A DNA stretch of 64,000 nucleotides from Guillardia theta CCMP2712 (taxonomy: Eukaryota > Protista > Cryptophyta): contig NW_005434612.1 of the NCBI RefSeq assembly GCF_000315625.1, forward strand, positions 267,038 through 331,037, in the 5' to 3' direction. Of the stretch, positions 37,001 through 49,800 are shown piece by piece; position 1 is the stretch's first letter, and each line of letters begins with the position of its first letter. The notes below the pieces were generated by a model that was given only the letters and a program-made list of their open reading frames with translations, did no database searches and had not been told where the DNA came from. A program made the position numbers and the translations under genes.

Positions 37001-40000
37001 GTACATCTGCTGGAAGACTTGGAGAGTAGCGTTGAAATCGTTGAGAAATCGCTTCATACCAGCTCTTTGGCCTTTGACTGACTTCGACGCAAACAAGAAT
37101 CGAGTCGAGACTTTCTTATTCGTGTGCTTCCATCTTGTAGATTTGACTCTGATCGATCGAGCCAATCGCACTTCCCTGCTGACCTTGATGGCTTTCGCTC
37201 TTTGCTTCCGACGCCATGCAAGCTGGTTCCTAGCCGCATGACAACGCCAGGCAGACTGAAGTCTGACTGCAGATCCCTCCACATCGCGTGAAGCTGCTGC
37301 TTCTGTCGTTATTCCTGTGTGTCTTCCTGGAGGCCTTTTGACCTCTTGCGCAGCTGCTTCTCTCCCCCTCACTTCCCTAGCAACGTGAGAGCGCCAGGCA
37401 CACTGCAAGACGGAAGCAGCTCTTGCTTCCTCAGCTCTTGCTTCCCCAGCTCTTGCTTCCTCAGCTCTTGCTTCCCCAGCTCCCTGCTCCTCTGCGCTCT
37501 CATTCTCAACCACTCGCTCTCCTTCATCCTCCTCCACATGCTTCGCTCCTCCTGCCACCACCAACCCTGCCTGCTTGGAAGAATCTTGCAGATTAGCTTC
37601 TTCCACTTCAGCCAAAGCATCTTTGCTCTCACTTTCGAGCGCCTTGTTCCCATCCGCCCAAGCAAGCTCATCGGTATCACTCGCCTCCATCTCCTCCGCC
37701 ACCTCTGCCACCTCTGCGACCTCTGCCACCTCTGCGACCTCCTCCATCACCTGTTTACACTCCCCATCTGTTGATTCCTCCAACTTCACGGGCTCCTCCT
37801 CCTCATCCTCGTTTTCCAATATTGCTACCTTTGCAGAAGGCTCTCCAACATCTTCTACCTTGTCATCCTTTCCTCCCACGTCGTCGTTTGTTCCACACAC
37901 GTCTGCTCCTTGCTCTGAGATTTCTCTGTTCCATTTCTCCATTTCGTTCTCATCCTGCATGTTTGCCTCTCCGTCGGGCTCCTTATTTGCCTCATCCTCT
38001 CCCTCTTCGTTGGCACCCTCGCTCACCTCATCCGCTATAATCTGGACAATATCCTCGTGCTCCCCTTGCTCCCCCTGCTCCCGCTGCTCCCCCTGCTCCC
38101 CCTGCTCCCCTTGCTCCCGTTGCTCCCGTTGCTCCCCTTGCTCCATATTTGTGGATTGCTCCCTCATCGCTGCTGACATCTTGTCTCGATCAATCATCTC
38201 ATTGCCCTCCTCGCTGTCGTTTGCCTCCGCTCCTCCAGCTCCATCTTCCTCCTGGGGCTCCTGATCCACTGAGATCGCTTCCTGCCTTTGACTGGGTTCC
38301 TGACCTTCATCGACTGTCTTGAGCTCATTCACCACATGCAAATCTCTTTGCTTGTCTTCTTCCTGCCTCGCTCTGTTCTTTTCTTCTTCCTCTTCCTCCT
38401 CTTTTCTTTCCACTCCCTTCTCTTTCCCTCCCTGTTTCTCTTCCTCCTCCTCCTCCCCTTCTTCTTCCTTCCAAGTCGTAAGCTGGACATTGTCTGTTGT
38501 TACTGTAAGAGTCGACTCCTCATCATGAGCAGCAGACTCCAACCGCAGCGCATACAGCGACACCTCAAGCTTGTCGCTCACGTCAGCATAGAGCTGTACG
38601 AGGACTTCGGCGTCATCAGCATGAGATGAAGGGGCAGCCTGATCCTCATCTGACATCGGCTGAAGATCCTTTCTGTCGGTCTTGACCGGCTCCTCTATCT
38701 TGGTATCCATCGAGTGTTTCGCTCTCTCCTCCCCTTTCCTCGATGCTCCGTCAGATGCTTGCGGGAGGCTTTCTCCAGAAGAGTCATCATGAGCAGCAGA
38801 CTCCAACCGCAGCACATACAGAGACACCTCAAGCTTGTCGCTCACGTCAGCATCGACCTGCACGAGAACATCGGCGTCATCAGCATGAGATGAAGATACA
38901 GCTTTGTTTGTGCGCTCAGTTTCCTGCTCCTCTACAGGCACTTTGCTTTGATGTTTCCCTTCCTGCCCCCGCTCTTTTCCGTCTCCCTTGGCCGCGCCTA
39001 TCTTGGTACTCATCGAGTAATTTGCTATCCCCTCCCCTTCTTTTGACGCTCTCTCATATGCTTGATGGGGGTTCTCACGAACGGCTACTGCACCCGTTGA
39101 CTCCTCATCAGCAGCAGCAGACTCCAACCGCAGCACATACAGAGACACCTCCAGGTTGTCGCTCACGTCAGCATCGACCTGTACGAGAACTTTGGCGTCA
39201 TCGACGAGAGTCTTGCTACTTGCAATTGATTCCCAGGCAGTGCAATCGGCTGTTACGACTGCTTGTTCTTGGCCTGTGTGCTCAGAGCTACTGACTTGCG
39301 TCACAACTTTATCATCTTTGTTATCTCTTGTTCGGACTCTGACTCCTGATTCAGGTCCTTCTCTCACACTGTGCTTGATAGACTCCAAAAGCCTCAGAGC
39401 ATCAGAATCGTCAATGCTGTGTAACAACTGCTGTCCCTCTTTCACGAGCTTGTGTACATCATGCAAAGAAGAATCGATTTGAGACTCCCTGCGCGAGTCC
39501 TCGGTAGCGACAATCTGAGAAAGTTCTGATTGCAATATATGATTGATCAAGGACTGCTGCATCGCCTCATGATATGTTCTCAACAGCATAGCATATAACG
39601 GATTGAAATGATTGATCGAGAACAGTGAGAACCAGAAATGGGAGAAGTCATTGTTGATTTCATCCTGTAGGAACCTTATTTCAACTTTTGCCATGCGTAT
39701 CACATGCGAGCACAGGTAAAGTAAATTTCTTGAACGTTCTTGGCTCAATCCGAACGCAAACGCATTTAGAAGCAGGTGCACTGCAACCGGGCTTGACTGA
39801 CATGACTGAACGAGATTCTTCAAGTCCAGAGAGGAGCTGTCTTTCAGCTGATGATCAATGATTTCAACCTCGGACTGTATCTCCTCTACCTTTCGCAACA
39901 CTGTTTCCTTGATGACTTCGACCGCCGTTTCCTCCAGCTTGTCTCCGCTTGTCCAATTCAAACAGATGTCCGTGACCAGAAACAGAGTTAGGCCCGAGTT

Positions 40001-41900
40001 GGGCAGATGCCTGAACAAGGCTAAGAGCCTTTCATCGGCTGACATCTTCATCATGTGGTTCAAGACTCGGTGAGCATCTGCTATGCAATGATCTTTAGTC
40101 GTCTCAGCTGAGGTGAGAACGGCTCGGATCTCCTCTAGGACGATGTTTGATAGCATGGAGATCTCTGCGTTCTCTACTAGAGATTGAACGATTTGCCGTG
40201 CCGAATCAGCTGAAGCAAGCGAGAGCATCTTCTCTCCTTCTAAAAACAACTCGTGCAAAAGGTTATCAACCTCAGCATCATTTGATTTGCCCCTTGACAA
40301 ATAGTTTTGAAACAATTCAATAGCCAAGGGATGTCCCTTGTTCGAAACTTGGTTGAAACGTTTCTGGATTTGTGTTGATATCAAATTCCATCGCTGATTC
40401 TTGTTGAGATTTGTTATCAGTTGATCCTTTTGGGCAGGAGAAGACCTAAAGAATGAGGAGTCCTTTTCTTGCAGCTCCTGTTCGATTATGACGTTCATCA
40501 TCTCTAGAGTTTTGATTCCCAGGCATTTCTCGTATTCAAACAGGTTGGGCTTGAATCTCTGAGCATGAAAAAGCCTTTCAAGAATCACAGTCTGGCTCGT
40601 CACTTGCTCATCCATGTCTTGAGATTCCGAGTTGGTCAGCGCGCCGAGACTCAAGTCAATGTTCTTCAGTTTCTCAACAACGTTCATGTCAAGAACTTGG
40701 ATTGCATTGTCAAAGCTGGTGTGGTACTGACTGTCTTGCTCAGGCTTTGACCTCGCAGCAGGTGAATTCTCAAGATCGCCATCGAAACTGAAATCAGAAA
40801 GATACCGCTTTGTAGTTCCATTCCAAACCTTTGAATGCAACTTGTTGATGTATCTCTCGACGTTCCTGCCATTGCCGCTGTTCTCCGACTCGTTTCTATC
40901 CGCATCCAACATGTTGGAGGTCAAGAGCCCAAGTGCAGTCAAGGTAGGTTCGAAATGGATCAACAGCATGCTTGCCCTTTGCAGGATGGCCTTGCAGAAT
41001 CCAAGAACAACACAGAGTTTGGTGTGGAATTGATCTTTTGCCTGTGCTTCCACACTGTTTCTCACAAGTTTGTTGCTGTTTCCACAGTCAGGTGAAACGT
41101 CTATAAACTTATCACAAGAAATGAACATACCTGTCATACACTAGTTCAGCATCGATGTTCCCATCCGAATTGTATATGAATGCAACTCCGTGCTTCATGT
41201 CACAATTCCACTCAGCTGAAGTTTCCCTTGCATGCTCAGCGTCCAGCGACAGGGTTGCGCCCACACCATGTCTGTTGCATTCATGAAACTGACCAAAGAA
41301 GATGGATGCTTCATCGGCTTGGAGGAGGAGGCCGCAGCCATGGGGCTGAAGCAATCGTCAGCCATATCAACATCTGAGTGACGAAGCAACCACTTACCTC
41401 GTTCGCATTCCATTCTCCTTCATATCGATGCCCAGCTTTCCAGTGAAGAACTCCCACTCCCTTCTTGATCCCGTGGCTGAACTCTCCACAGAACCAAGAT
41501 CTCTCGCTTTCATCGTCCTCTGTGTACAAAATTATCCCCAGCCCGTGCGGTTTTCCATCGTGCTGTAAGAAAGGTCAAAGACAGGACGTGAGGAATGGAG
41601 CGAGCCTCACCTGGCTCCCGAAGTACAAGCCTTCATCTACTTGCAGCGCGTCAATGTCTTGTGCCGATGTCAAGCTGAACACATCGAAGCATTTGTCGAG
41701 GGTAGACATTTACACTTCTTTGCTTCACCGCGGTCGTGAACGATTCCGCAATGAGATGATCAGCTCAAGTATCTCATCCCCGCGCCTCTCCTGCTCTGTT
41801 AGCCCTCCTCGCCTTCATCTCCCCTCCCAGCCTTCCCTCCCTCACACCCACGGTCGCCCTCCTTCATACGCCCATTTCAACAGCCGTTCCTACCGGTTGC
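34063..41900 (-). CDS. Giant protein (~2500 aa): N-terminal MORN repeats, acidic repeat region, IQ motifs and a C-terminal TPR-like region
   Basis: MORN motifs (FCGEFSHGIKKGVG, YEGEWNAN, FFGQFHECNRHGVG); IQ-like motifs (VLQCAWRSHVAR, RLQSAWRCHAAR, KVQCIVRKYLA); TPR-like helices in 34063-36120; short GT-AG introns near 36110-36255 link the two long ORFs; start approximate. Confidence 0.7.
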
Positions 41901-42087
41901 CTGTACTAGTTTTACTTTGCTCCTCATACTGTAAAACTAAGAGGGAAAAAAAGTCCTGATCCTGTAGGCAAGGAGAGGAGAGTCTCCGGCATGCGCAAGC
42001 TCTGATGTGATCGTATGAGCTCGACTTGAATGCAGTCTAGAGCATGACGATGGCAAGGTAGCAAAGGTTGTGGGAAAACAGACATCT

Positions 42088-43958
42088 TTACTCAACGTGA
42101 GCATGAGCAGATCTGTCCGATCTGTGCTCTTCGATCCATCCCTCGATCATGTCTCGGAGGGCCTGTTGATACCAAAACATTTATCAGGCTGTGGTAGCAG
42201 CAGATGAGAGATCGCACGAGGTTCGGTGCCAGGTCCTCCATCTTGAATGGTTTCTTGGTCATGGGATCTTCACCTGTCATCAGTTTGAGTTTGATTTCTT
42301 CGAGGTCCAGCTCTTGCCGTTGCTGTTGGCGTGCCAGGTGACTATCGCTGCTCTCTCGTACGTGTGTCCGCTGACGCATACCTACCAGCATCTCAACGTT
42401 CCTGCCGGCAAGGGCCTATCTTACCATCGTAGGCTCCCGCATGATGTCATGAGTGATCTTACAGATGAAGGAATCCGGAACACTGACAACGCGCTCAAAG
42501 ATGTCAACAGGAACATCCTGGGGAGAGGAGGAAGTCACGACTTGAGGAGACGCGCATCAGAATCGTTCACAATTGGAGGAGGCCAGTGCATCGGCCTTGG
42601 CGGTCCTTCATGGAGACTGCTTCCTGCAGGCCCATCAAGTTTTACGAGAGGATCATGGAACGCGCAGATCATCTCGATGCCAGCATTGTGAGCTTACCTT
42701 GCCCTCCCCCGCGGGCCTCGCCATGCCACCCAAACACGAAGGGGTTCATGGCGAAGTGCAGATGGTTCATTGGCGGGTCCTCGTTCCCACCACGGAAGAA
42801 CCAGCGCAGAAACCTGTAAGTCCTTGAGAAAGGAAGCCTGGGTGAAGGTAAGAACCAATAAGAGGCCGCAGCTAAGCGCTACAATGTCATGTGGTAGTAA
42901 AGGTCCAAGTCGCACAGGACCCATGGAACCATCCTCCATATCGACGCATTCACATACCACAGCATCGCGGCTGCGAGGATCTGGGAAACTGTCTCCGCCC
43001 ACAGATCATTCCAAAGAGCTTTGCACAACCATGTGATGATGAAATTCCCGTTGATCTGCTGCCTGGCCCTCTGAATCCTAGCTCGTACAAGTAGATACTC
43101 GTTTACTGCAGCTACCTGCTGACATTGTTAGCTCCATCGCAACAAGTGATCGTGTCGACCATGCATATTATCAAGACCAGATAACGATGATCGTCCCAGA
43201 AACCCAGCGCCTCTCTCATCAAAAGCACGTTCGGCAACATGTACAACATAACCCAGAAGCACACATGCGAGAACAGAGAGTCGTTGGATGCAAACAATCT
43301 TTCCAGGGCATCTTCTTGCTGGTACAAGTACAACCAGATCATCAGAGTCCTCGGCTGTTCGAGGATCGCTTTCTCCATGAGATAGACCATCTCACGGTGG
43401 CTGCTCCTGAACTCCCAGAAATCTCTGGGATGCTTTCGAGCCAGCGTTCTCAGATCCCTCACCGCCGCAGCAAACAGTCCTCGTGCTGCACCCTCCTCCT
43501 TGCCATCGAGCCCTAGCATTTCATAGTACTCCTCCGGGCTGTTGGCGACATGATGCAGCAAAAGGTTGCCGTCAATGCCGTTCAGAATGGCTCTCTCCGC
43601 TGCGCCTTTCATCCCTTTCTTCTCTTCAGGATCCTTCCCAAGGTCGGCGAGGAAATCAGCAACGTCCTGCGGACTCCATTCATGCACTCCATGCAACCTG
43701 CTGGCGTTCCGGTGAACATCTAGAGCAGGTAGGGGAAAGGTATCACCTTTCTCTTGCCATGACAGCATTGTCGCCCTTGGACGAGATGGGCAAGAGCCCT
43801 TGGTAGACAGCAAGCCGATGGAGGCTATAAACGACGACAGCCACGACCAACAGCCGCCAACCCCCTCGCTCTCTTGTAGCTCTCAGGTTGTTGTTCAAGG
43901 AGAAGTGGATGCCGAAGTTTGCATGACGATGACCATTCCCTTGTTGAGGTGGCTGCAT
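42088..43958 (-). CDS. SAM-domain, multi-TM protein with a C-terminal U-box (putative membrane E3 ligase), multi-exon
   Basis: SAM: VHEWSPQDVADFL..NGIDGNLLL; U-box: VPDSFICKITHDIMREP, SGHTYERAAIVTW, DPMTKKPF..LAPNL|ALRDMIEGW; hydrophobic segments lie between the two domains. Confidence 0.8.
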
Positions 43959-44467
43959 GCGCTCGGGGCACGTGAGACACAATGAAAAAGAGATGGAACC
44001 CAGAGATTCGGAAGCTGCGGCAAGGTGGGAGAGAGGAAGGGGGTGAAAGGAGAGTGGAGACAAGAGGAAGGGGAAAGAAAGGGGAGGGAGAGAGCGGAGA
44101 AAAGTGGGTGTTGGGAACAACAAGGCTCTTTCAGTGTACGCCTTGGGAGAACTCTGCCATGGAAAGAAATTCGAGCAAACCTGATATAGGTCTGCCTCAG
44201 AGGTTGAGAAGCAATTTGAGAAGGACAGCAGGGACAATGGAATGTCACTCTCGGGATGCGATTCGCTGCCTAGTTCAACTCATCAGACACTGCTGCTTGT
44301 AACATGCAACCCCTTGCAACGAAGTGATTTTCCATATTCATTAAATCAACAATGAAGCCAGTGAATCGCTATTGCCTCTCATACTTACAATCAACATCCT
44401 AGCAACCACGAAACTATGTATAATTTGAGCAATTCTACAACCTAAAAAGCACCTTGTCACCATCACG

Positions 44468-45871
44468 TTACCCGAGATGGATCCAATTCTCAAACACTCT
44501 CTTGGTCTGACACTCATTGTAATGTGGCATATCGTCATCCTCATCCTCTCTGATGGGAATCCCCAAAGCACTTGCGATCAACCTGTAGATCATCCACAAA
44601 AACTCGAGAATCAATGCAAAGATGCATTTGCCGTCATCCATGACATGATTTTGACCGTCATCAAAGGTATTCAAAGAGCCCATATCAGGTTTGTACCCAA
44701 CATGAAGTTGCAGCGATCTACGTTTCTGAATCCATGACTTCAGTTTCCGCTTCTTGAGCGATGTCATGCTATCGCATACACCCCTCCTCCTGCAGCAATC
44801 TCCTGAGTCGTAGAGAAGTTTCCGTGTTCGGGGCATCTTCTTGACTTCCTCTTGTAGTTGCACCCCAATGGTTCTGTTGTAGATAGCTCTGACTTTTTGT
44901 CGCTCGCGCTCCGTCTCAAAATCCGACAACGCTATTGGCGATTTCGAGCTTGAAATATTTGAACACTCGCCTATCATACAGTTGGATCTCTTGGAGTCTT
45001 CGGAAGCCGATGATATAGAAGACGAAGCTATTTCAGACCGTCTGAAGTGAATGGCGCTGTCCTGGTCTATCGGAAAAGGATTCGAATCAGAACAAACTTC
45101 AAACATCACCATAACACACGAAGCCCTGCCTATCCCGTCAACAACAGGGTATGCGTGAATATGACACATGATTTCTCTGCAATCGCTTGAGTATACCATG
45201 ACCCAATCTTCGTGCTCAAATCCCGTTTGAATCCTTTTGAAGATATTTTTCCATGTTCCTGGATTGGTCCTTGGCCCTTGTATCATCCTGATCGAACTCC
45301 GCTCAGCTTGCTTCTTGCTGAATCCAAAAGTTGAGACGAACTGGTCATTGACGAATACCAGTCGACCAGGTTTCGAGGCGGTGATGACTGCCTTTGGTAC
45401 ATCGGCGTGAGACACGGCTTGGTACATGTGCATAGTGTCGCATCTCATCATGTACAAAACCGAAAATTTTCCATCGCCTGTTGTCATTTGCTTTGCTTTG
45501 ATGTGTGCAAAGAGCTGCGAGCTATCGCTCTTGTACAACGAAGCGAACTGAACGCCGGGCCTCTTCTTGTCTGAGGCTCCGCATATGATCTCATGCATCT
45601 TGAGGAGGTCTGTCTGCGGCCCGTACATCAAACTACACCCCCTTCCTATCACCAGCTCGGAAGATGTCCAATTGAACATCTTCAGCCAACTCTCACTCAC
45701 GTCAACAATCCGGAATGGGTATTCACGAGAGACTGTCAAGGTGCAATCCTTCAATTTGTCGTCGTCTAATAATTGTGGGCCAACTCTTGTTGTATATTGT
45801 TCATTGAAACCAGATTCATGGATGGAACTTGATGACTCTGAGGCTTCGGCTTCGCTGTGAGCCTCCACCAT
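44468..45871 (-). CDS. Tandem PAS (LOV-like) domain protein
   Basis: 467-aa ORF; PAS1 RIVDVSESWLKMFNW..GRGCSLMYGPQTD; PAS2 RLVFVNDQFVSTFGFS..IRMIQGPRTN. Confidence 0.8.
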   Translation of the reverse strand: MVEAHSEAEASESSSSIHESGFNEQYTTRVGPQLLDDDKLKDCTLTVSREYPFRIVDVSESWLKMFNWTSSELVIGRGCSLMYGPQTDLLKMHEIICGASDKKRPGVQFASLYKSDSSQLFAHIKAKQMTTGDGKFSVLYMMRCDTMHMYQAVSHADVPKAVITASKPGRLVFVNDQFVSTFGFSKKQAERSSIRMIQGPRTNPGTWKNIFKRIQTGFEHEDWVMVYSSDCREIMCHIHAYPVVDGIGRASCVMVMFEVCSDSNPFPIDQDSAIHFRRSEIASSSISSASEDSKRSNCMIGECSNISSSKSPIALSDFETERERQKVRAIYNRTIGVQLQEEVKKMPRTRKLLYDSGDCCRRRGVCDSMTSLKKRKLKSWIQKRRSLQLHVGYKPDMGSLNTFDDGQNHVMDDGKCIFALILEFLWMIYRLIASALGIPIREDEDDDMPHYNECQTKRVFENWIHLG

Positions 45872-46854
45872 GATGGTTTGTTCGAGATCAGGCTACCTTA
45901 GGCCTTACAGTCAGTCAGTTGCAGATGCTGTTGAAGGGGGAAGATAGCGCAAAATGGTTCTAATATCAGTGCAGGGGGAGGGAGGAAGACGGGGTCGGAA
46001 GGCACCACTTAAGTAATCAAGATGAAATGGGGCCAGGGTGGTACCCCTCGTTATTTGAAACTAGGTTCGCACATAGTAAATCTCTTGTAAGGGTACCTGA
46101 GATACCCAGGCAGCCTCGGTGTCCCCGAAGGCAGATACACGGGGCCGGGAGGGTACCTATTTCTGATGGTGTCAGCATATCGAAGAACGCCACGATTCGG
46201 CATATCCTGTCAGCATCTGAAACGAAAAACTCTCTTTTTGGGCTTCATAGAGGACGGTACTTTCAACCATTGTGTTCAAAAAGCTCTATTTTCGATCGAG
46301 CCATATCCCTAGATTGCACCTGGTCAAAAAAAAAACTGAAGCTGAGTTCTCGAGGGGCGGTTGGGGGATGAGGGTACATTGTGGTGCTCGTTTCGGCATG
46401 GTCACAACGAAGATGGGTATGAGGGTGATGATATCAGCTGAGGTGGGCCCAGAGCAAGAATGAGAGGGGATGAGGGCCCTGATATGGGCAAGGCGTTGCT
46501 GAGAGTGAGGGGGATGAGTATTACGTTGGGGGATGAGGGTACTTCGCAGGTGGCGGGAAAATGCATCGTAGAGAGGGGATAGGAAAATGCCTCATGGCGT
46601 AGAGGAGAAAGGCGCAATGAGGCCTGAGCTAACAAGGGCTGATGGCAGCGGAGGGGTGCAGAGAGAAAGAAGAGACAAGGTGACAGTGGCAAGATGAAGG
46701 AGGGGAGAGAGTTGTGTGGCAACAAATGAAGCTGCAGTTCCCCTATGGCCCAGGACAGGGACAGGGGGAGAGTTCTTCTTTAGGTTTTACTGCTGTCAAC
46801 ATGAAAGTTGTCTCATGCCCGTGATGGTGCTCTGATGCGAATGCTTGAGGCAGA

Positions 46855-49800
46855 ATGCCAAGGAAAAAGCGGGCTTCCATTGATCTCCCGGCCGCTTTCC
46901 CGAGCCCGCCAAAGAAGAAAGCAAGGGAGCAGCATTATCGAGGTAGATGGCGGTGGCGACATGAAATTGAAGGGCAGCTTGACGGGGTTCTTCAGATCTC
47001 CCTACTGTCTGGTCTACGTCAGCAGAAGAGCCTGGGGGTCAAGTGTTCAATTACAGGTGATGCCTCCATCGACATGTGGTATGTAGGGGTGTTCTGACTG
47101 ACAACCTTGATAGACAAGAAGTGTTTTGGGATGCTTTGAAACAGTCGACTGTCAAGCCCAGTGGTGTGCTATGAGTCCTTTGCTCCACGATGTAAAGATG
47201 CTGGTGCAGGTGCACTGAAGAAGTGCCTCACTCTTCTGAAAACGATGATGAAGAGAAAAGGAGGACTCTACTTCTGCGATCCTGTGACATCATGGAAGAA
47301 TGAGAGAATGAAAATCGATTAATTATGGTGTTTAGGTTGATCCTGAGGAGCTAGACCTTCCAGATTACTTTGATGTCATCGATCGACCCATGGATTTCGG
47401 GACAATACAGGTCGGATCCAACAAGTCGAATGCTCGCAATCTGTTCAAGCTGACGAGAACCTTTCGAGACAGAGTTGGATTGAGGAGGGTCTATATGAAA
47501 GAAGTGCAAGTCACTTGCCTCCATACAAGCAGGTCATTCAGATGTATCATTTTGACATGTCAGTGGATAACCTTTCTTCAGATCGACGAGGACGTGGAGC
47601 TCGTCTTCTCGAATGCGATGGTCTCAATCAGGACGCCCGCCCTTGATTTGTGGGAGTAAGCAAGCGATGCAGGTTTACAATCCTTCAAGCTCCGATGTCC
47701 ACCAATGTGCTTCAAGCCTCCTTGCATATTGGAAACAACAGGTGACAATTGATTTGCAAACAGATATGTTTTTGCCCTTAGTTGCGAATATTCCCAATCC
47801 TCTGATACCCTTGTTTCTTTCTTTACAGTTTGCGAAGATTGAATCGGAAGAAGGAGCTTCGCAGATGACTGTCGTTCTCAACGGACAGGAAGGGAGTGAA
47901 ATCCTTGCAAGCTCGCAGCATGTGATTGGTCGGGGATGTGGAGTAGGATCACCAGGGGATGGAGTTGGTCCCCCATCCAACATTGAGCTGGCGCAGAGGC
48001 ACATCACTCATTTTTTTGTCATCTCTGAGACGGGAAAGGTGATCTCACCAGAAGAGCACAGCACCGAGCCCTCATCGTTTCTTGTTGGGGTTCTGCAGCG
48101 ACCTGGGATGGAATCAAAATCCAAGGAGGAAGACAAGACGGTAGCTATTCCAATCAAGGAGATCTTTCTCCAGTACTTTCCTGAGCTCAACCAGAAGTCA
48201 TGTCTATGGATAAGAGGTGCATTCGCCTGGTACAAGCTGGAAGAACCCTTGAGTCCTTATCGAGAAACTTTCCAAAAAGCACTTGTTCGTGTCAAGACTG
48301 GCGATCTGCTCAAGAACCTCCTTCTCAAGAACGCTAAAGCGGCATACGATCGAACCATCAGTGCAGTCTTGAAGAAAGCTGAATCATTCATGATTCTTCC
48401 GGGCTCCTCAGGAAGCAAGCAAAGATTCAAGGAAAAGCAGCTGCGTGCCCTTTTGATGAATGATGCTGCTTATCTCTCCCTCTGCGTGGACGATTTGATT
48501 GATTTGAATCCAAAAGCGAAACTATGGAAGATCATGAAGGGAATGGACGATGAAGCTTCGGATGTGCATGGAGCAGACCTGTTTGAGAAATACAAAGAAC
48601 ATCATGAGGTCAAACTTGAAGAAGGAGAGATGATGCAGGTGTGCACTGCTGTCTCGAGCATGTGCTTGCAAACAGAGTTGAACGATCTCCGGGAGAAGAA
48701 GAGATCGTTTCAGAAAGAATCGTTCATTGACAAAGAGATCAAAAGCACATTGGAAAGTGTCATAGGGAAGGTTGTCGATCTAAACGCCTTGCCAACAGGA
48801 ACACCGATGTATGAAAATCTTGATTTTGAGGTCGTCAATTTGTGTCGCATAGTCTTGAATTTCTATGAAACATTCAGCTCAGCGCTCTTTCAATCGACAG
48901 AGATGCCTTCGACTGTTCTTCCCATCAAACTCATTGAAGGGATGAAATCTGAAATGCCATCATCCCTCGTAGAAAAACTCCACATTGGATTGATATCATT
49001 GCTGGTAGAAAGCCATTTTCCTAGACAGAACTATAGCCCGGTTGTTAATTCTGCTACTTGGCCCGAACACTTGCGCATTATCATGGAAGATATTCTGCTG
49101 AGACGCGCTCAGGCGATTTTGCAAGAACGTCGAGAAAATGGAGAAACAATATCTTTCCAGAGCACAGAGAACGAGTCTGTAGCAGATGATAAATCGGACG
49201 GAGACGGGAACAGTGATGATGTGCAAACAGCAGCTGAATCTGAGATCTTTGAGGAACAGGCTGATTCCAAGCTCTGCTTGCAATTCTGTTCCAGCATTCT
49301 CAGGGAAGAGATGGAAATCGTCGATCATTTGGGGAAGTCTTGTTATTCTACGATGCCGGTGCTCATGCGATGGCGAGCGCTCAATTGGCTTTGCACGACT
49401 GTTTCTGAGCTTGAGGGCTCTACGATCAGAGACGAGATTGAGAGACGCATAACAGCCAGCAAGCTGCTCGAGCGTCTGCAAGGGATGCAGGACATGAAGC
49501 AGATAGAGCTCATGTCACCGGAGATGAGAATGCTCCTCTTCGCCCTCAACATTGTCCTCGTCGAGGATGCGAGGTATTACGGATGGTTTTCATGCCCTGT
49601 CGAGCCAGACAGGGCGGGGCTGAAAGATTACCTCAACGTGGTGAAAGTCCCCATGGACCTGGGGACTGTTCTCAACAAGATACTCGCTAACGAGTATGAA
49701 TCGCACGGGTCTGCAATGCGGGATATTCGACAGGTTTGGTCCAATGCAAGGCTCTATCACGGGAAGGGGGCTCCTGTAACGAAGGCAGCCGATCACCTGG

